23,166 nucleotides of DNA from a virus (Duplodnaviria; Heunggongvirae; Uroviricota; Caudoviricetes): positions 1 through 23,166 of the IMG/VR virus record IMGVR_UViG_3300027908_000001; one strand, given 5' to 3'. The notes under the pieces are model-generated. The model made no database searches. It had not been told where the DNA came from and saw only the letters and a list, made by a program, of their open reading frames with translations. The number at the start of each line of letters is the position of its first letter. Position 1 is the stretch's first letter. A program made the translations under genes and the position numbers. Of this stretch, positions 6,723-15,072 are shown piece by piece.

Positions 6723-7585
6723 TAGCCGCCTATTTTGTAGTACCGGCCATTGGCCACGAATCCATGATGGTCATGCGGAATTACCAGCGTCGGATGAAAC
6801 CGTTTCTCATGGATGTAGCCGAACGTGAACGCTTGTTGCCAGCCCGGTGTCGGCGCGTACTCCAGCGAAGTCAGGCAGAGGCAACCGTTGTTCAGCCAAC
6901 AGTGACCGCCGCGGCTATCAGCCCAGCTATAAGTTTGCGCTCGATGGTCGTGACCGCACAGACCGGAGGACCCGCGTTCGATGGCCATGATGCGGGCGAC
7001 GTTGGCCGGGAACGCCGCTGACTTGGCGGCGCGGTACCCGTGTTCGATGATGAACCCGGCCATGTCGTAGCGGCTACCGTAAGGAATTGTGTGGATATTG
7101 AATTCAGCCAAACCGAGCAGCGACTCAATCTCCAAGCACTTCAAAGACGATAGTTTACTGCCGTCGGCCCAAAGGAAGCGCCGGAGCCGGTCCTCATGAT
7201 TACCCTGCACGAAGAACCGACGGGCTGTCGGGTTGGCTTTCACCCGTCGAGCGAACCACGCCTTGCCAGCGCTTAGTTCGTCCTGCAGGTTGAACACCCG
7301 GGACGGATTCTGGTCGAAATGGCTGCACGAGTAGAAGTCGATGATGTCGCCGTTATAGACCTCGATGGTCGGTTTGAAGTCAGCGAAGAAGGTTTCCACG
7401 GCATCCAGCACCGGGAAATCTGCGAACGGGATATGCACGTCATTGACAATCACCACTCGGTCGCCTTCCTTGAGCCCGGCGATTTTGTGGGTGGTGTAAT
7501 CCTGCGGCTTGATGAACAGACTGGCGGCCTTCAGGAGCGATGAACTCATGGAATCTTCCACGACTGCGGAGGCATTCACTTTCAA
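6722..7585 (-). CDS. Calcineurin-like metallophosphoesterase
   Basis: DVH, GDIID, GNHE, HG and GHDHR metal-binding motifs in canonical order. Confidence 0.92.
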   Translation of the reverse strand: MKVNASAVVEDSMSSSLLKAASLFIKPQDYTTHKIAGLKEGDRVVIVNDVHIPFADFPVLDAVETFFADFKPTIEVYNGDIIDFYSCSHFDQNPSRVFNLQDELSAGKAWFARRVKANPTARRFFVQGNHEDRLRRFLWADGSKLSSLKCLEIESLLGLAEFNIHTIPYGSRYDMAGFIIEHGYRAAKSAAFPANVARIMAIERGSSGLCGHDHRAQTYSWADSRGGHCWLNNGCLCLTSLEYAPTPGWQQAFTFGYIHEKRFHPTLVIPHDHHGFVANGRYYKIGG

Positions 7586-7878
7586 ATTCGGCTCTCTTTC
7601 GCGGCGGCGAGTTGTTCCTTGACCTCTCGAATGGTGTCTGGATGTCCGAAGAATGTTTTCCGCTGACCGCGGTATGCGCCCTTGAATCGGTAATCGGATA
7701 GCACGGTCGAAATTGGTTTTGTGGTGATAGACCCTTCGGATGAACCAATGGCCTTGGCAAGTTCCTCCACATCCACCAGTTCGCCTTTTTTTATTTTCTT
7801 GGCAAACTCCAGCGCCTTGCGCGCGGCAGGAGGTAGGGCTGTGACGGTCTCGACGTATGCGATGGCTGACATTCTCAT
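7582..7878 (-). CDS. Putative HTH-like DNA-binding protein
   Basis: LVDVEELAKAIGSSEGSI resembles an HTH; basic protein; coupled to the phosphoesterase. Confidence 0.55.
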   Translation of the reverse strand: MRMSAIAYVETVTALPPAARKALEFAKKIKKGELVDVEELAKAIGSSEGSITTKPISTVLSDYRFKGAYRGQRKTFFGHPDTIREVKEQLAAAKESRI

Positions 7879-8201
7879 GCGTGCTGTTCTCCGGGCGGTT
7901 CTTCCTTACCGTGGTCCGTATTCCATTCCGAGTTGATTCGGCTGGCGTCGGCGGCGCAGACCATCAGCTTGAAGGTCACGCCGCATTTCCAGTCATCCGG
8001 TTTCCCCACGAACTCCACGTTCAAGATGCGGTACCCGTGCGGGGCCAGTTCATTGAGGAAGTGGATGGACTCTTTCCAGAGCACGAACAGTTTGGTGACC
8101 AGTTCGTCTTCGGTCAGATGGGATAGCTTCTTGCCGAGTTGGGATGGCAGGGAAGTGTAAGCCGACGCGGCGACATCGAGCGATATGGCGGCAGCGCTCA
8201 T
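7875..8201 (-). CDS. Hypothetical protein, 108 aa
   Basis: Coupled ORF. Confidence 0.7.
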   Translation of the reverse strand: MSAAAISLDVAASAYTSLPSQLGKKLSHLTEDELVTKLFVLWKESIHFLNELAPHGYRILNVEFVGKPDDWKCGVTFKLMVCAADASRINSEWNTDHGKEEPPGEQHA

Positions 8202-8260
8202 GTGGAACGATTTACGACAACTGCATTGTGGCGGGTCCCCACCCCCATAAAATCCATCAT
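8198..8260 (-). CDS. Possible leaderless 20-aa peptide (MMDFMGVGTRHNAVVVNRST)
   Basis: ATG lies 9 nt after the -10 at 8270; its TGA overlaps the ATG of 7875-8201. Confidence 0.3.
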   Translation of the reverse strand: MMDFMGVGTRHNAVVVNRST

Positions 8261-8269
8261 GCCGCGCCC

Positions 8270-8298
8270 GCTATACGCCCTGAGCCGCTGAAATGCAA
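8270..8298 (-). promoter_or_regulatory. Sigma70-like promoter
   Basis: TTGCAT-17 nt-TATAGC with GCG before the -10. Confidence 0.65.
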
Positions 8299-8351
8299 GT
8301 GGAAGTTTCGGTGTGTCTGGGACTTACGCGGTCGGTAGGTCTTGCTTACGC

Positions 8352-9626
8352 TTATGCGCGACCGCGGATGTCGTTATCAATGTGACCCTGCGCCTGATTT
8401 TCATCAAGCGGCTTCTCGTTGCTGACGGCCTCGAACGCCGCCACTGGGCGAGCTACTTGCCCGGTGTCCTCGGGAACTACCCGGGTTGCCCCGGGATACT
8501 TGTGTGTGGGATGGACCCACTGAATATCGTTTGGCACGACACGGCCTGCGGGCATCGCGTTGAGCGTTCCGAGCGACAGCATGTTGACGGCTCCGATAAC
8601 GTCGCGCGGAGCTATCGTGCCGCACTTACTGCATGTGAACACTCGACCATTCTGCCTGCATCGTTCTCCACAAACGGGACACGTTTGCGAACTGAACGCT
8701 TCGCTGCGGACCAAGGTGCCCGCAGTTTTGTACTGAAGTTGTTTGGTGATGCGACCGCAGCAGGCCGAACTGACTTGCTGGGCGTTGACACGGCCCATCT
8801 TAACAGCGGCTCCGTTGAATGGCTGGCCGATATGACAGATTGCGCCGGGAAAGGTATCAGCAACGAGACGCGTGGCTTTGTGGGTGATATCCTTGATGCG
8901 TGAGTTGGATTTATCCAATAACCGGTGTTTGCGGCGTTCAATACGGAGCCACCGGCGCGAGCGCTTCTTGGTCTTTGATTGCCGCGAACGTAGCGATGAC
9001 AATCGCTTATTACGCCATTGAATCGTGGCCTTGGCTTCATGGCCGGAAATCATTAGAACTTTCTTGCCATCTGTTGCGGCGACAAGCGTGTTCACTCCAA
9101 GGTCGATGCCGATGTCCATCTTAGGCGCTGGTTGGGCGATGTCGCATTGGCAAACTAGAATCACCTTGCCGTATAAGAGCGTAACTTCCACAAGTCTACC
9201 GGGTAACACAATACCACGCGGCATATTGATGCGCAACTTTCCTGCCGAACCACAGGGCAGCAACAAACGACCATTGCAAATACGCGCTGACTGATTAGTG
9301 AACGGAACATCCCGATAGTGTAAAATACGGTTTGGGTAGTTAGCGTGTAGGCCTTTCTTACGCGCAGCCGATGTTCCCTTAATCGAATCGCAAAAATCCT
9401 TTACGATTTGCTGAACAGATTGTGCCCTTAGATGTGGATATTTCTTTTTCGACCAATGCATAAGACGGTTTTCGGTGGGCCACTTCCACATCGCACGCCT
9501 CAGGCGTGCATGGCGCTTGACCATGTCATTCCATAATCTCGCCGCCTCAGTTCGAGCCGATGTGAACGTTGCCCATTGCGTGGCGGTGTGAGGCAACCAG
9601 CCAATTTCAACTGAGCGGTATTGCAT
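8352..9626 (-). CDS. tnpB: TnpB RNA-guided nuclease, rearranged RuvC-II type
   Basis: RuvC-I GIDLG; Zn ribbon CPVC...CSKC; RuvC-III RDVIGAVN; the usual RuvC-II Glu position reads IGQP and a Glu appears in SEAFSSQTC. Confidence 0.92.
   Translation of the reverse strand: MQYRSVEIGWLPHTATQWATFTSARTEAARLWNDMVKRHARLRRAMWKWPTENRLMHWSKKKYPHLRAQSVQQIVKDFCDSIKGTSAARKKGLHANYPNRILHYRDVPFTNQSARICNGRLLLPCGSAGKLRINMPRGIVLPGRLVEVTLLYGKVILVCQCDIAQPAPKMDIGIDLGVNTLVAATDGKKVLMISGHEAKATIQWRNKRLSSLRSRQSKTKKRSRRWLRIERRKHRLLDKSNSRIKDITHKATRLVADTFPGAICHIGQPFNGAAVKMGRVNAQQVSSACCGRITKQLQYKTAGTLVRSEAFSSQTCPVCGERCRQNGRVFTCSKCGTIAPRDVIGAVNMLSLGTLNAMPAGRVVPNDIQWVHPTHKYPGATRVVPEDTGQVARPVAAFEAVSNEKPLDENQAQGHIDNDIRGRA
8382..8510 (-). 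ncRNA. Putative TnpB omegaRNA scaffold overlapping the tnpB 3' end
   Basis: Hairpin-rich CCCGGG-GCAA-CCCGGG...GTAGTTCCCGAGGACACCGGGCAAGTAGC...GAGAAGCC running to TCAC; the position is typical of omegaRNAs. The 5' end is a guess. Confidence 0.55.
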
Positions 9627-9750
9627 CTTTCATCGCTTTATTGGACATCTTGCCTCCTAGTATCCGAGTCTCTCACAGTATTTGCAATATATTTCTCCTT
9701 GAAGTCGTGGCTCGCACCTTGCTCGTAAACACTTCTATCGGGCGTGCTCA
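8382..9750 (-). mobile_element. IS200/IS605-family tnpB-only element (IS1341-like); left end approximate
   Basis: Right end GAAG + hairpin CGCTTGAT-GAAA-ATCAGGCG (8393-8412) + TCAC (8382-8385). Left-end-like GAGCCACGACTTCAAG near 9700-9715. No tnpA. Confidence 0.7.
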
Positions 9751-11941
9751 ATTCCTTGAGCGTCGGGTCACTCGGGAAGCGTCCGAACTCGTCCGGCTGG
9801 GCGTCGAGCATCGGGTCGGCAGCGGTGCCGTCGAGATGTTTCAAGGCGAACGGATTCGGTATCAGCTTGTCGTACCGGACCGGTATGGCCTTGCGGAGCG
9901 TAATGTCCCGCTTGGATAGCGTGCGCTCCGGTCCGTGACCGTTGCCATCGCGGTCGCACTCGCGGCCTGTCAACCAGTGACCGGATTCATGGACGACTTT
10001 CAGGACGACCGTGCGCGTCTTGCGGAACGCTTTCTTGAACGTGACCTCCTCGACCGGGTAAGCCTTGGCCAGTACACCGTGTTCCAGAAGTGTCTTGGCA
10101 CCGGCAATGGCGTTCGTATCGGACTTGAACGGGTACCGGCGTCCTCGGTCGTTGAAGTAGAATCCGCCAGCGCCATCCGGTTTCACGTCTACGTGAAAGC
10201 TGGTCGAACCGTAATGGATGCTGACGCGCTTGCCGTCGGGCTGTGGGATGACGGAGAACTTGTCCTTGGGCGCATCGGCCACGGCGGTGCCGCCGGATGT
10301 CCAGCGGCCATGGTCGTCGCGCGGTTCGTCGGCGGATTTAGATAAGCCTTCCGAGTAATAACCGATTAGGTCCGGATGCGCCGCATGCCAATCAATCATT
10401 TCCTGACGATTACACGGGTAGAGCCTTCCGTGTTTTACATAGTCATCCCAGATGCGCGTCAGCATCCTCGTTCTCATGAAATTCAGTTGACCATTGCGCA
10501 CGTAAACCATGTAGAGCCCGTCATTTCCATGGTCATCCAACTTCGACATAAAAACTGTCTTGGACTGACTCGGGCCGTAGTGGTCGTCACGGTAGAACTG
10601 GATGTCATCCGTATCCCCCGACGCCTTGGCCACGTACTCGGCAATCGTATTGGCGTTCTTCACAAGCTCGCCATTGTCCGGATTGATTTGACGGGCGCGG
10701 TCGTCATAGATGACCCCTATGTCGGGCGTCTTTTCGTTGGTAATCGGAATGGTGCCGGGCAATCCTTGGGCGATGAGCCAGTCACGGATGTAGGGGATGT
10801 TCGCCGGGTCTGTGGCGCGAGCCGTGAAGATAACTACCGGTGTACCCGCGGCGATGCAGGAGCGAAGTTCATCCATGGCCGTGCGCTTCGAGTCGTCGGT
10901 GAACGGTTTTTGCAGCGGCGGCCCCAGCTTGTCTGGCGCGAACTCTCCCGGCAATATTTGCGCGAGTGTGCCGTCAAAATCAAAAGCGACCGTGTGCTTG
11001 GCGTCCGACTTACTGACCGGCTCCCCGGTCAATATCGGCTTCCATTCCGTCGCCCAATCTGGCAGGAGTGCGGATTTCTGGACAGCGTAAGGCCGTTCGG
11101 CTGGCGGTATGTTCTTGTTGCTGCCGTCCGTGTTGAAGTTCTGCGGACCGAAGTTTACCCAAGAATTCTGGCCGCGCGTCTCCGTGGTCAGCGCCCGCTG
11201 CGCCAGAGGCGAGAACATCTGGCTGTGCTTGAGCCATGCGTTCTCTTCGCCACGCGGACCGAACTGGAATCCCTCGGATGCATGTCCGAAGGTATCGTGG
11301 ATTGCCCTAAATTTATCGTTAATGGATAGCCCGTGTTCATCCTTTTCTGCAAGAAACTTGTTCGGCTCGCTGCCGCCTTGGAAGAAAAACAAGTGCTTGT
11401 TATCCAGAAGGTCCTTGCACATCTCCTTCGAGTTGGCATACGGCTGGCCGGGTTTCGTCCATGACTCGTACTGGATGCCCATCTTCTTCTCGGCGAAATC
11501 CCATTGCTGCTGAATCTCCTTGCCGAGTTGGCGATAGGCCGCTTCGGTTTCCGGACTGTGGTCGTCCACCGGCATGGCTTCGTAGGCCGCGGCGATACGC
11601 TTGGCGCGGTCGGGGTCCAGCGGGGCGTAGACGTTGATGGCGGGCGGCGCGATGCCTACTTCTTGGCAGTAACTGGCTGCGCCTTTTCGGATGGCGTCGT
11701 TTCCGCCTTCGTTGACGTGGGCGACACTGGCGGCGATTTGTAATGGAGCCCGCCCGGCTTCCAGCCCTGCGGCGGTCGACGGAACTCCGGTTCCTTCATG
11801 TCCTCGTTCTTCATGACTCTCTCCTTGTACTACAGTTCCACTGGTTTGTCCAGCGGTAAATTCACCGCCACCGGTCGTGCCTGCCGGGACGCGCGGGTGT
11901 TCGGATTCTACGAACTTGCTGATAACAGCGGCATCATTCAT
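9638..11941 (-). CDS. Multidomain (polyvalent-like) protein, 767 aa: HPR motif, HDxxGH domain, HAD phosphatase, further small domains
   Basis: FRAIHDTFGH...FGPRGEENAW...TETRGQNSW domain; HAD motifs DFDGT, FTAR, K and YDDR; linkers VAKAS, LSKS and LAKA. The C-terminal ~30 aa are probably IS-derived. Confidence 0.85.
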   Translation of the reverse strand: MNDAAVISKFVESEHPRVPAGTTGGGEFTAGQTSGTVVQGESHEERGHEGTGVPSTAAGLEAGRAPLQIAASVAHVNEGGNDAIRKGAASYCQEVGIAPPAINVYAPLDPDRAKRIAAAYEAMPVDDHSPETEAAYRQLGKEIQQQWDFAEKKMGIQYESWTKPGQPYANSKEMCKDLLDNKHLFFFQGGSEPNKFLAEKDEHGLSINDKFRAIHDTFGHASEGFQFGPRGEENAWLKHSQMFSPLAQRALTTETRGQNSWVNFGPQNFNTDGSNKNIPPAERPYAVQKSALLPDWATEWKPILTGEPVSKSDAKHTVAFDFDGTLAQILPGEFAPDKLGPPLQKPFTDDSKRTAMDELRSCIAAGTPVVIFTARATDPANIPYIRDWLIAQGLPGTIPITNEKTPDIGVIYDDRARQINPDNGELVKNANTIAEYVAKASGDTDDIQFYRDDHYGPSQSKTVFMSKLDDHGNDGLYMVYVRNGQLNFMRTRMLTRIWDDYVKHGRLYPCNRQEMIDWHAAHPDLIGYYSEGLSKSADEPRDDHGRWTSGGTAVADAPKDKFSVIPQPDGKRVSIHYGSTSFHVDVKPDGAGGFYFNDRGRRYPFKSDTNAIAGAKTLLEHGVLAKAYPVEEVTFKKAFRKTRTVVLKVVHESGHWLTGRECDRDGNGHGPERTLSKRDITLRKAIPVRYDKLIPNPFALKHLDGTAADPMLDAQPDEFGRFPSDPTLKELSTPDRSVYEQGASHDFKEKYIANTVRDSDTRRQDVQ

Positions 11942-11944
11942 TGA

Positions 11945-12262
11945 TTACGAACTCTTTTGGTGCAGGATAAACGTCCAGACAATATTGCCGAGTAACACCG
12001 CGGCGATGCCCATCAGCCAGTCCCGATTCTGCTTGGATATGTCAGCCCTTGTCTCCAGAGCGACCACCCGGTTGCATAATGCGGCGTCGGCGTCTTTGTT
12101 GGAGCCGATGGCTATCCAGAGCCTAGCCCGCTCGTTCTCGCCGTCGGTTATGCCCTGTTGGAGGCGCGTCTCGGTTTCCTTTAGGTCGGTCAGGTTCGCC
12201 GGTCGCTCGGCGCGGGCCAGCGGTGTAAAACATAGTATGATGGCCAACAGAAATCCCCGCAT
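11945..12262 (-). CDS. Membrane-anchored coiled-coil protein, 105 aa (signal peptide plus C-terminal TM)
   Basis: AAGGAGG RBS before the ATG at 12262 (not 12523); MRGFLLAIILCFTPLARA signal; WLMGIAAVLLGNIVWTFIL TM segment. Confidence 0.75.
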   Translation of the reverse strand: MRGFLLAIILCFTPLARAERPANLTDLKETETRLQQGITDGENERARLWIAIGSNKDADAALCNRVVALETRADISKQNRDWLMGIAAVLLGNIVWTFILHQKSS

Positions 12263-12275
12263 AAAAACTACCTCC

Positions 12276-12641
12276 TTAGCGCCGGTCCGCCACTTTGACG
12301 TATGGCACTCGCGCCGCGTTCTTGCTCTGGAACGCCGCGCGCGCCCGCGCCTTGGCCATGCGGTCTGACCCGAGGATGTCCCGGCGCATCGCGTTCTTGT
12401 CGACCTGACCGCCGCGCTCGGACCGGGCCTTTTCGATGGCTGTCTCGTTGGCCTTGCGTTTCTCCAGCTTGGCCATGGTTTCGGACGAAAGACTGAATCG
12501 TGAGCCGTCCGCATCGTCGTCACGCTCCACGGCCTTGGCGACTGTGTTGGCTAAACGTGGGTTGGTGAGCGCCGATACGACCGGTCGGCCTTCGATGAAC
12601 GATTTGATGATTTCTTGTTCGCGGGTCATTGCTTTATCCAT
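12276..12641 (-). CDS. Helical basic protein with repeated hydrophobic-x-K-A/S sites
   Basis: Start trimmed to 12641 (or 12629) to avoid overlap with 12655-13203. Contains IIKS, VAKA, IEKA and MAKA. Confidence 0.7.
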   Translation of the reverse strand: MDKAMTREQEIIKSFIEGRPVVSALTNPRLANTVAKAVERDDDADGSRFSLSSETMAKLEKRKANETAIEKARSERGGQVDKNAMRRDILGSDRMAKARARAAFQSKNAARVPYVKVADRR

Positions 12642-12654
12642 AAAGTGGCGTGCA

Positions 12655-13203
12655 TTAGTTGTCTCGGAGTTCTTCCGATAACCGGTCTGATTCCATCTGA
12701 TGATGTGTTGCTTGCTTGTCATGGTAGGACCGGTCACTGCGGTCAATAGCGAGCTTGGCCGCGCGCTCGTGAGCATCTTGCGCGTTGGCGTGAAGCTGAA
12801 CGTCATCGCTGGCGTCAGCTTTCGCGGAAGCATCGATGGCCTCGTCAGCGACTCTCTTGTAACGCCTCGCATAGGCCCCGGCGGTCGCTCGGTCGGTGAT
12901 TTCTTCCCGGCCACCGCGTTTCTCGGAACCGTGGCCACCGGCGTCCTTGGCCTTGCTCAAATTCTGTACTTCGCTAATCGTCTTTCCCAACCGCACCGGC
13001 TTCCGCATCTTACGGTTCAAATTCTGCAACCTCTTTTTACGACCGCCCTGCTCCGGAACCATGAGTCCACCGCCTGCCGCCAAGTCGGAAGTCGTTATGG
13101 CCCCGCCAGTCGATGTTGCCGGTGAGCCCGCGCCGCCGTCACCGTCCTTGCGGAGCCGGGCCTTCTTGAATATTTCCAACGTCTTGAGATTCGCGATGCC
13201 CAT
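12655..13203 (-). CDS. Motif-tagged hypothetical protein (KAKDAGGHGSEKRGG followed by a His/Asp-rich helical domain)
   Basis: ORF; motif shared with 15073-16182. Confidence 0.8.
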   Translation of the reverse strand: MGIANLKTLEIFKKARLRKDGDGGAGSPATSTGGAITTSDLAAGGGLMVPEQGGRKKRLQNLNRKMRKPVRLGKTISEVQNLSKAKDAGGHGSEKRGGREEITDRATAGAYARRYKRVADEAIDASAKADASDDVQLHANAQDAHERAAKLAIDRSDRSYHDKQATHHQMESDRLSEELRDN

Positions 13204-13205
13204 GG

Positions 13206-13715
13206 TTAAACCTTTGCCGCTTTCTTTTTGGCGGAAGTTTTGGGTGTTTTTTCCGCCGAAACTTCGTCGTCATTCTCCTGATTATCTTCCGAATCTTCGC
13301 CGTCCTCGGAAGATTCATCGTCAGATTGCTCAGGCATGGTAAGGCCGCCGATAATCTGTACCCCGCCACCCGCCACTTCCGGCGTTACGTCACGGTGGCT
13401 GGCGTACTTGTCCACCTCGGCTTTCGGGTCAAAATCTTCCGCGTCCGGCAGCATGTGACCGGCGTTCGTGTTGGCGTTGGCCGCAGGCATACCGGCCTTG
13501 GGTTTCTGTCCGGGCTGGCCGCCGGGTTTACCACTCGGCCGATTGGATGGCCGACCGAACTCGGACGGACTACCGCCGCGGCTACCGGGTTTCTTGGCCG
13601 GTGTGCCGCCGCGCGCGTTGTTAATCGGCAACTGCGGCTTGACGTGCGGGAACCCGTTCTGCGCGGGCAACTGTTCCTGCTGGTCCTCAGTCAGATTCTG
13701 GTTAATGTTTGCCAT
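13206..13715 (-). CDS. Low-complexity disordered protein (Pro/Gly/Lys-rich, acidic tract, basic tail)
   Basis: Coupled ORF; composition. Confidence 0.75.
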   Translation of the reverse strand: MANINQNLTEDQQEQLPAQNGFPHVKPQLPINNARGGTPAKKPGSRGGSPSEFGRPSNRPSGKPGGQPGQKPKAGMPAANANTNAGHMLPDAEDFDPKAEVDKYASHRDVTPEVAGGGVQIIGGLTMPEQSDDESSEDGEDSEDNQENDDEVSAEKTPKTSAKKKAAKV

Positions 13716-15070
13716 TATCGACCTCCCATTGGCGATGGTGAACCGGCACCGACTTTGCCCATCAGCGGCATGCTCGCGCCGATGCCTTTGCTCGATGCCT
13801 GTTTCTCGGCGGCTTGCTGGTTGTATTGCCCCTGTTCTTCCGCCGGATATTCTTCCTTGGATTCGTAGTGGACACCGCGCGCCTTTTCGTAGGAATAAAT
13901 GATGGTGCGGAACGCCTGCGCCGCTTCGTCGTCATCCTCGGCTCCGATGAAATTGCCCGTACACTTGGCGTGCTCACTCATCGCGCCCGGCAAGAACTGC
14001 GTCGCCCGCTGGACGTTCTCCATGTTATCTTCACCGCCCTGCTCGAATATCACGACATCCGTGCCGTGCTCCGTCTTGACGAATACCCGACTTGGCAGGT
14101 CAGCCTTGTCCAGTACCGCCTGCAACTGTTTCAAATTCTGCGGCCATTGCGCGTCGCTGGTGTCATGCGGCACCGAGATATGGTAGAGCGTATCCTCGCC
14201 CTTCGGGTCCAGCATGATGTTCAGGACCACGTTCTTCTGCGCGGCCAATCCCTTGAGCGCCCCGGCATAGTCGAGCGTATCGGCATCCGGCACCTTGGCA
14301 ATCGCTTCGTACAGCGCGGAATCCGTGTCGCCGTCATCCCCGCTGTCATCGCCAATGGCCGGTAGAGTTGCGGACTTGAGCCCGGCGAACTGGTCGATTT
14401 CACCAGCTACCCGGTTCAGCCAGTCGGCTTGCGGTGTACCGAGGTCGCCTATCGCGCCGCTTACGCCCGACGGCCCGTCATCGTACTGGCTGGCGTGCTC
14501 CTGTGCTGCGACATGCTTGCCGTGCCATTCCAGAAACCCTTTGGCATCATCCGGTTCCACCGTCTTGGTTGAACCATCTTTGCCGTGGACATTCAGACCT
14601 TCTTTGCCGACCGAGACACCGGCGATGTCGTCGATGTTGTGCTCGTCGCCCGAGGCGGTCTTGAAGGTGGTACTTGGTGCGAACCGGCCCCGTGCCCGAC
14701 GCCGTTCCTCTTTCTTGGCTTTCTTGGCCGCCTTGGCAATGGCAGTGCGCTCCCGAATCAGGAACATCTTACTGAGCGTCGTCTTGAAAATGGGGCTGTT
14801 TGGCACAGCCACGCCGTCGACGTTGGCGAGTCGGCTCCGTACCTGATTGTCCGTTCGCTCCGGTGCAAATCGTTCCATGAGGTCCTTGTTGGTTCGGGAC
14901 GCTTCGAGAGTCTGGTCAGTCATCCGCGCCAAATCCTTCGCCGGGTCCATGGGAATCTTGCCGCGCGCCTTCTCTTCAATGAGCGCGTCATTGAGTTGGG
15001 CGTTTTCCACGTCGTCGCCGTGCTGCTTGGCGACTCGTGTGACCGGTCGGAGTGTCGTGAGCGTGAACAT
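13715..15070 (-). CDS. Multidomain hypothetical protein, 451 aa (AIAKA...RGRF motif)
   Basis: The ATG at 15070 directly follows the upstream stop (15073-15075); a start at 15100 is also possible. Confidence 0.8.
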   Translation of the reverse strand: MFTLTTLRPVTRVAKQHGDDVENAQLNDALIEEKARGKIPMDPAKDLARMTDQTLEASRTNKDLMERFAPERTDNQVRSRLANVDGVAVPNSPIFKTTLSKMFLIRERTAIAKAAKKAKKEERRRARGRFAPSTTFKTASGDEHNIDDIAGVSVGKEGLNVHGKDGSTKTVEPDDAKGFLEWHGKHVAAQEHASQYDDGPSGVSGAIGDLGTPQADWLNRVAGEIDQFAGLKSATLPAIGDDSGDDGDTDSALYEAIAKVPDADTLDYAGALKGLAAQKNVVLNIMLDPKGEDTLYHISVPHDTSDAQWPQNLKQLQAVLDKADLPSRVFVKTEHGTDVVIFEQGGEDNMENVQRATQFLPGAMSEHAKCTGNFIGAEDDDEAAQAFRTIIYSYEKARGVHYESKEEYPAEEQGQYNQQAAEKQASSKGIGASMPLMGKVGAGSPSPMGGR

Positions 15071-15072
15071 GG

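Noticed and set aside
11945-12938. Long starts given in the track for 11945-12523 and 12276-12938
   Set aside because: Both overlap neighbouring genes extensively, and better starts exist at 12262 (strong RBS) and 12641/12629.
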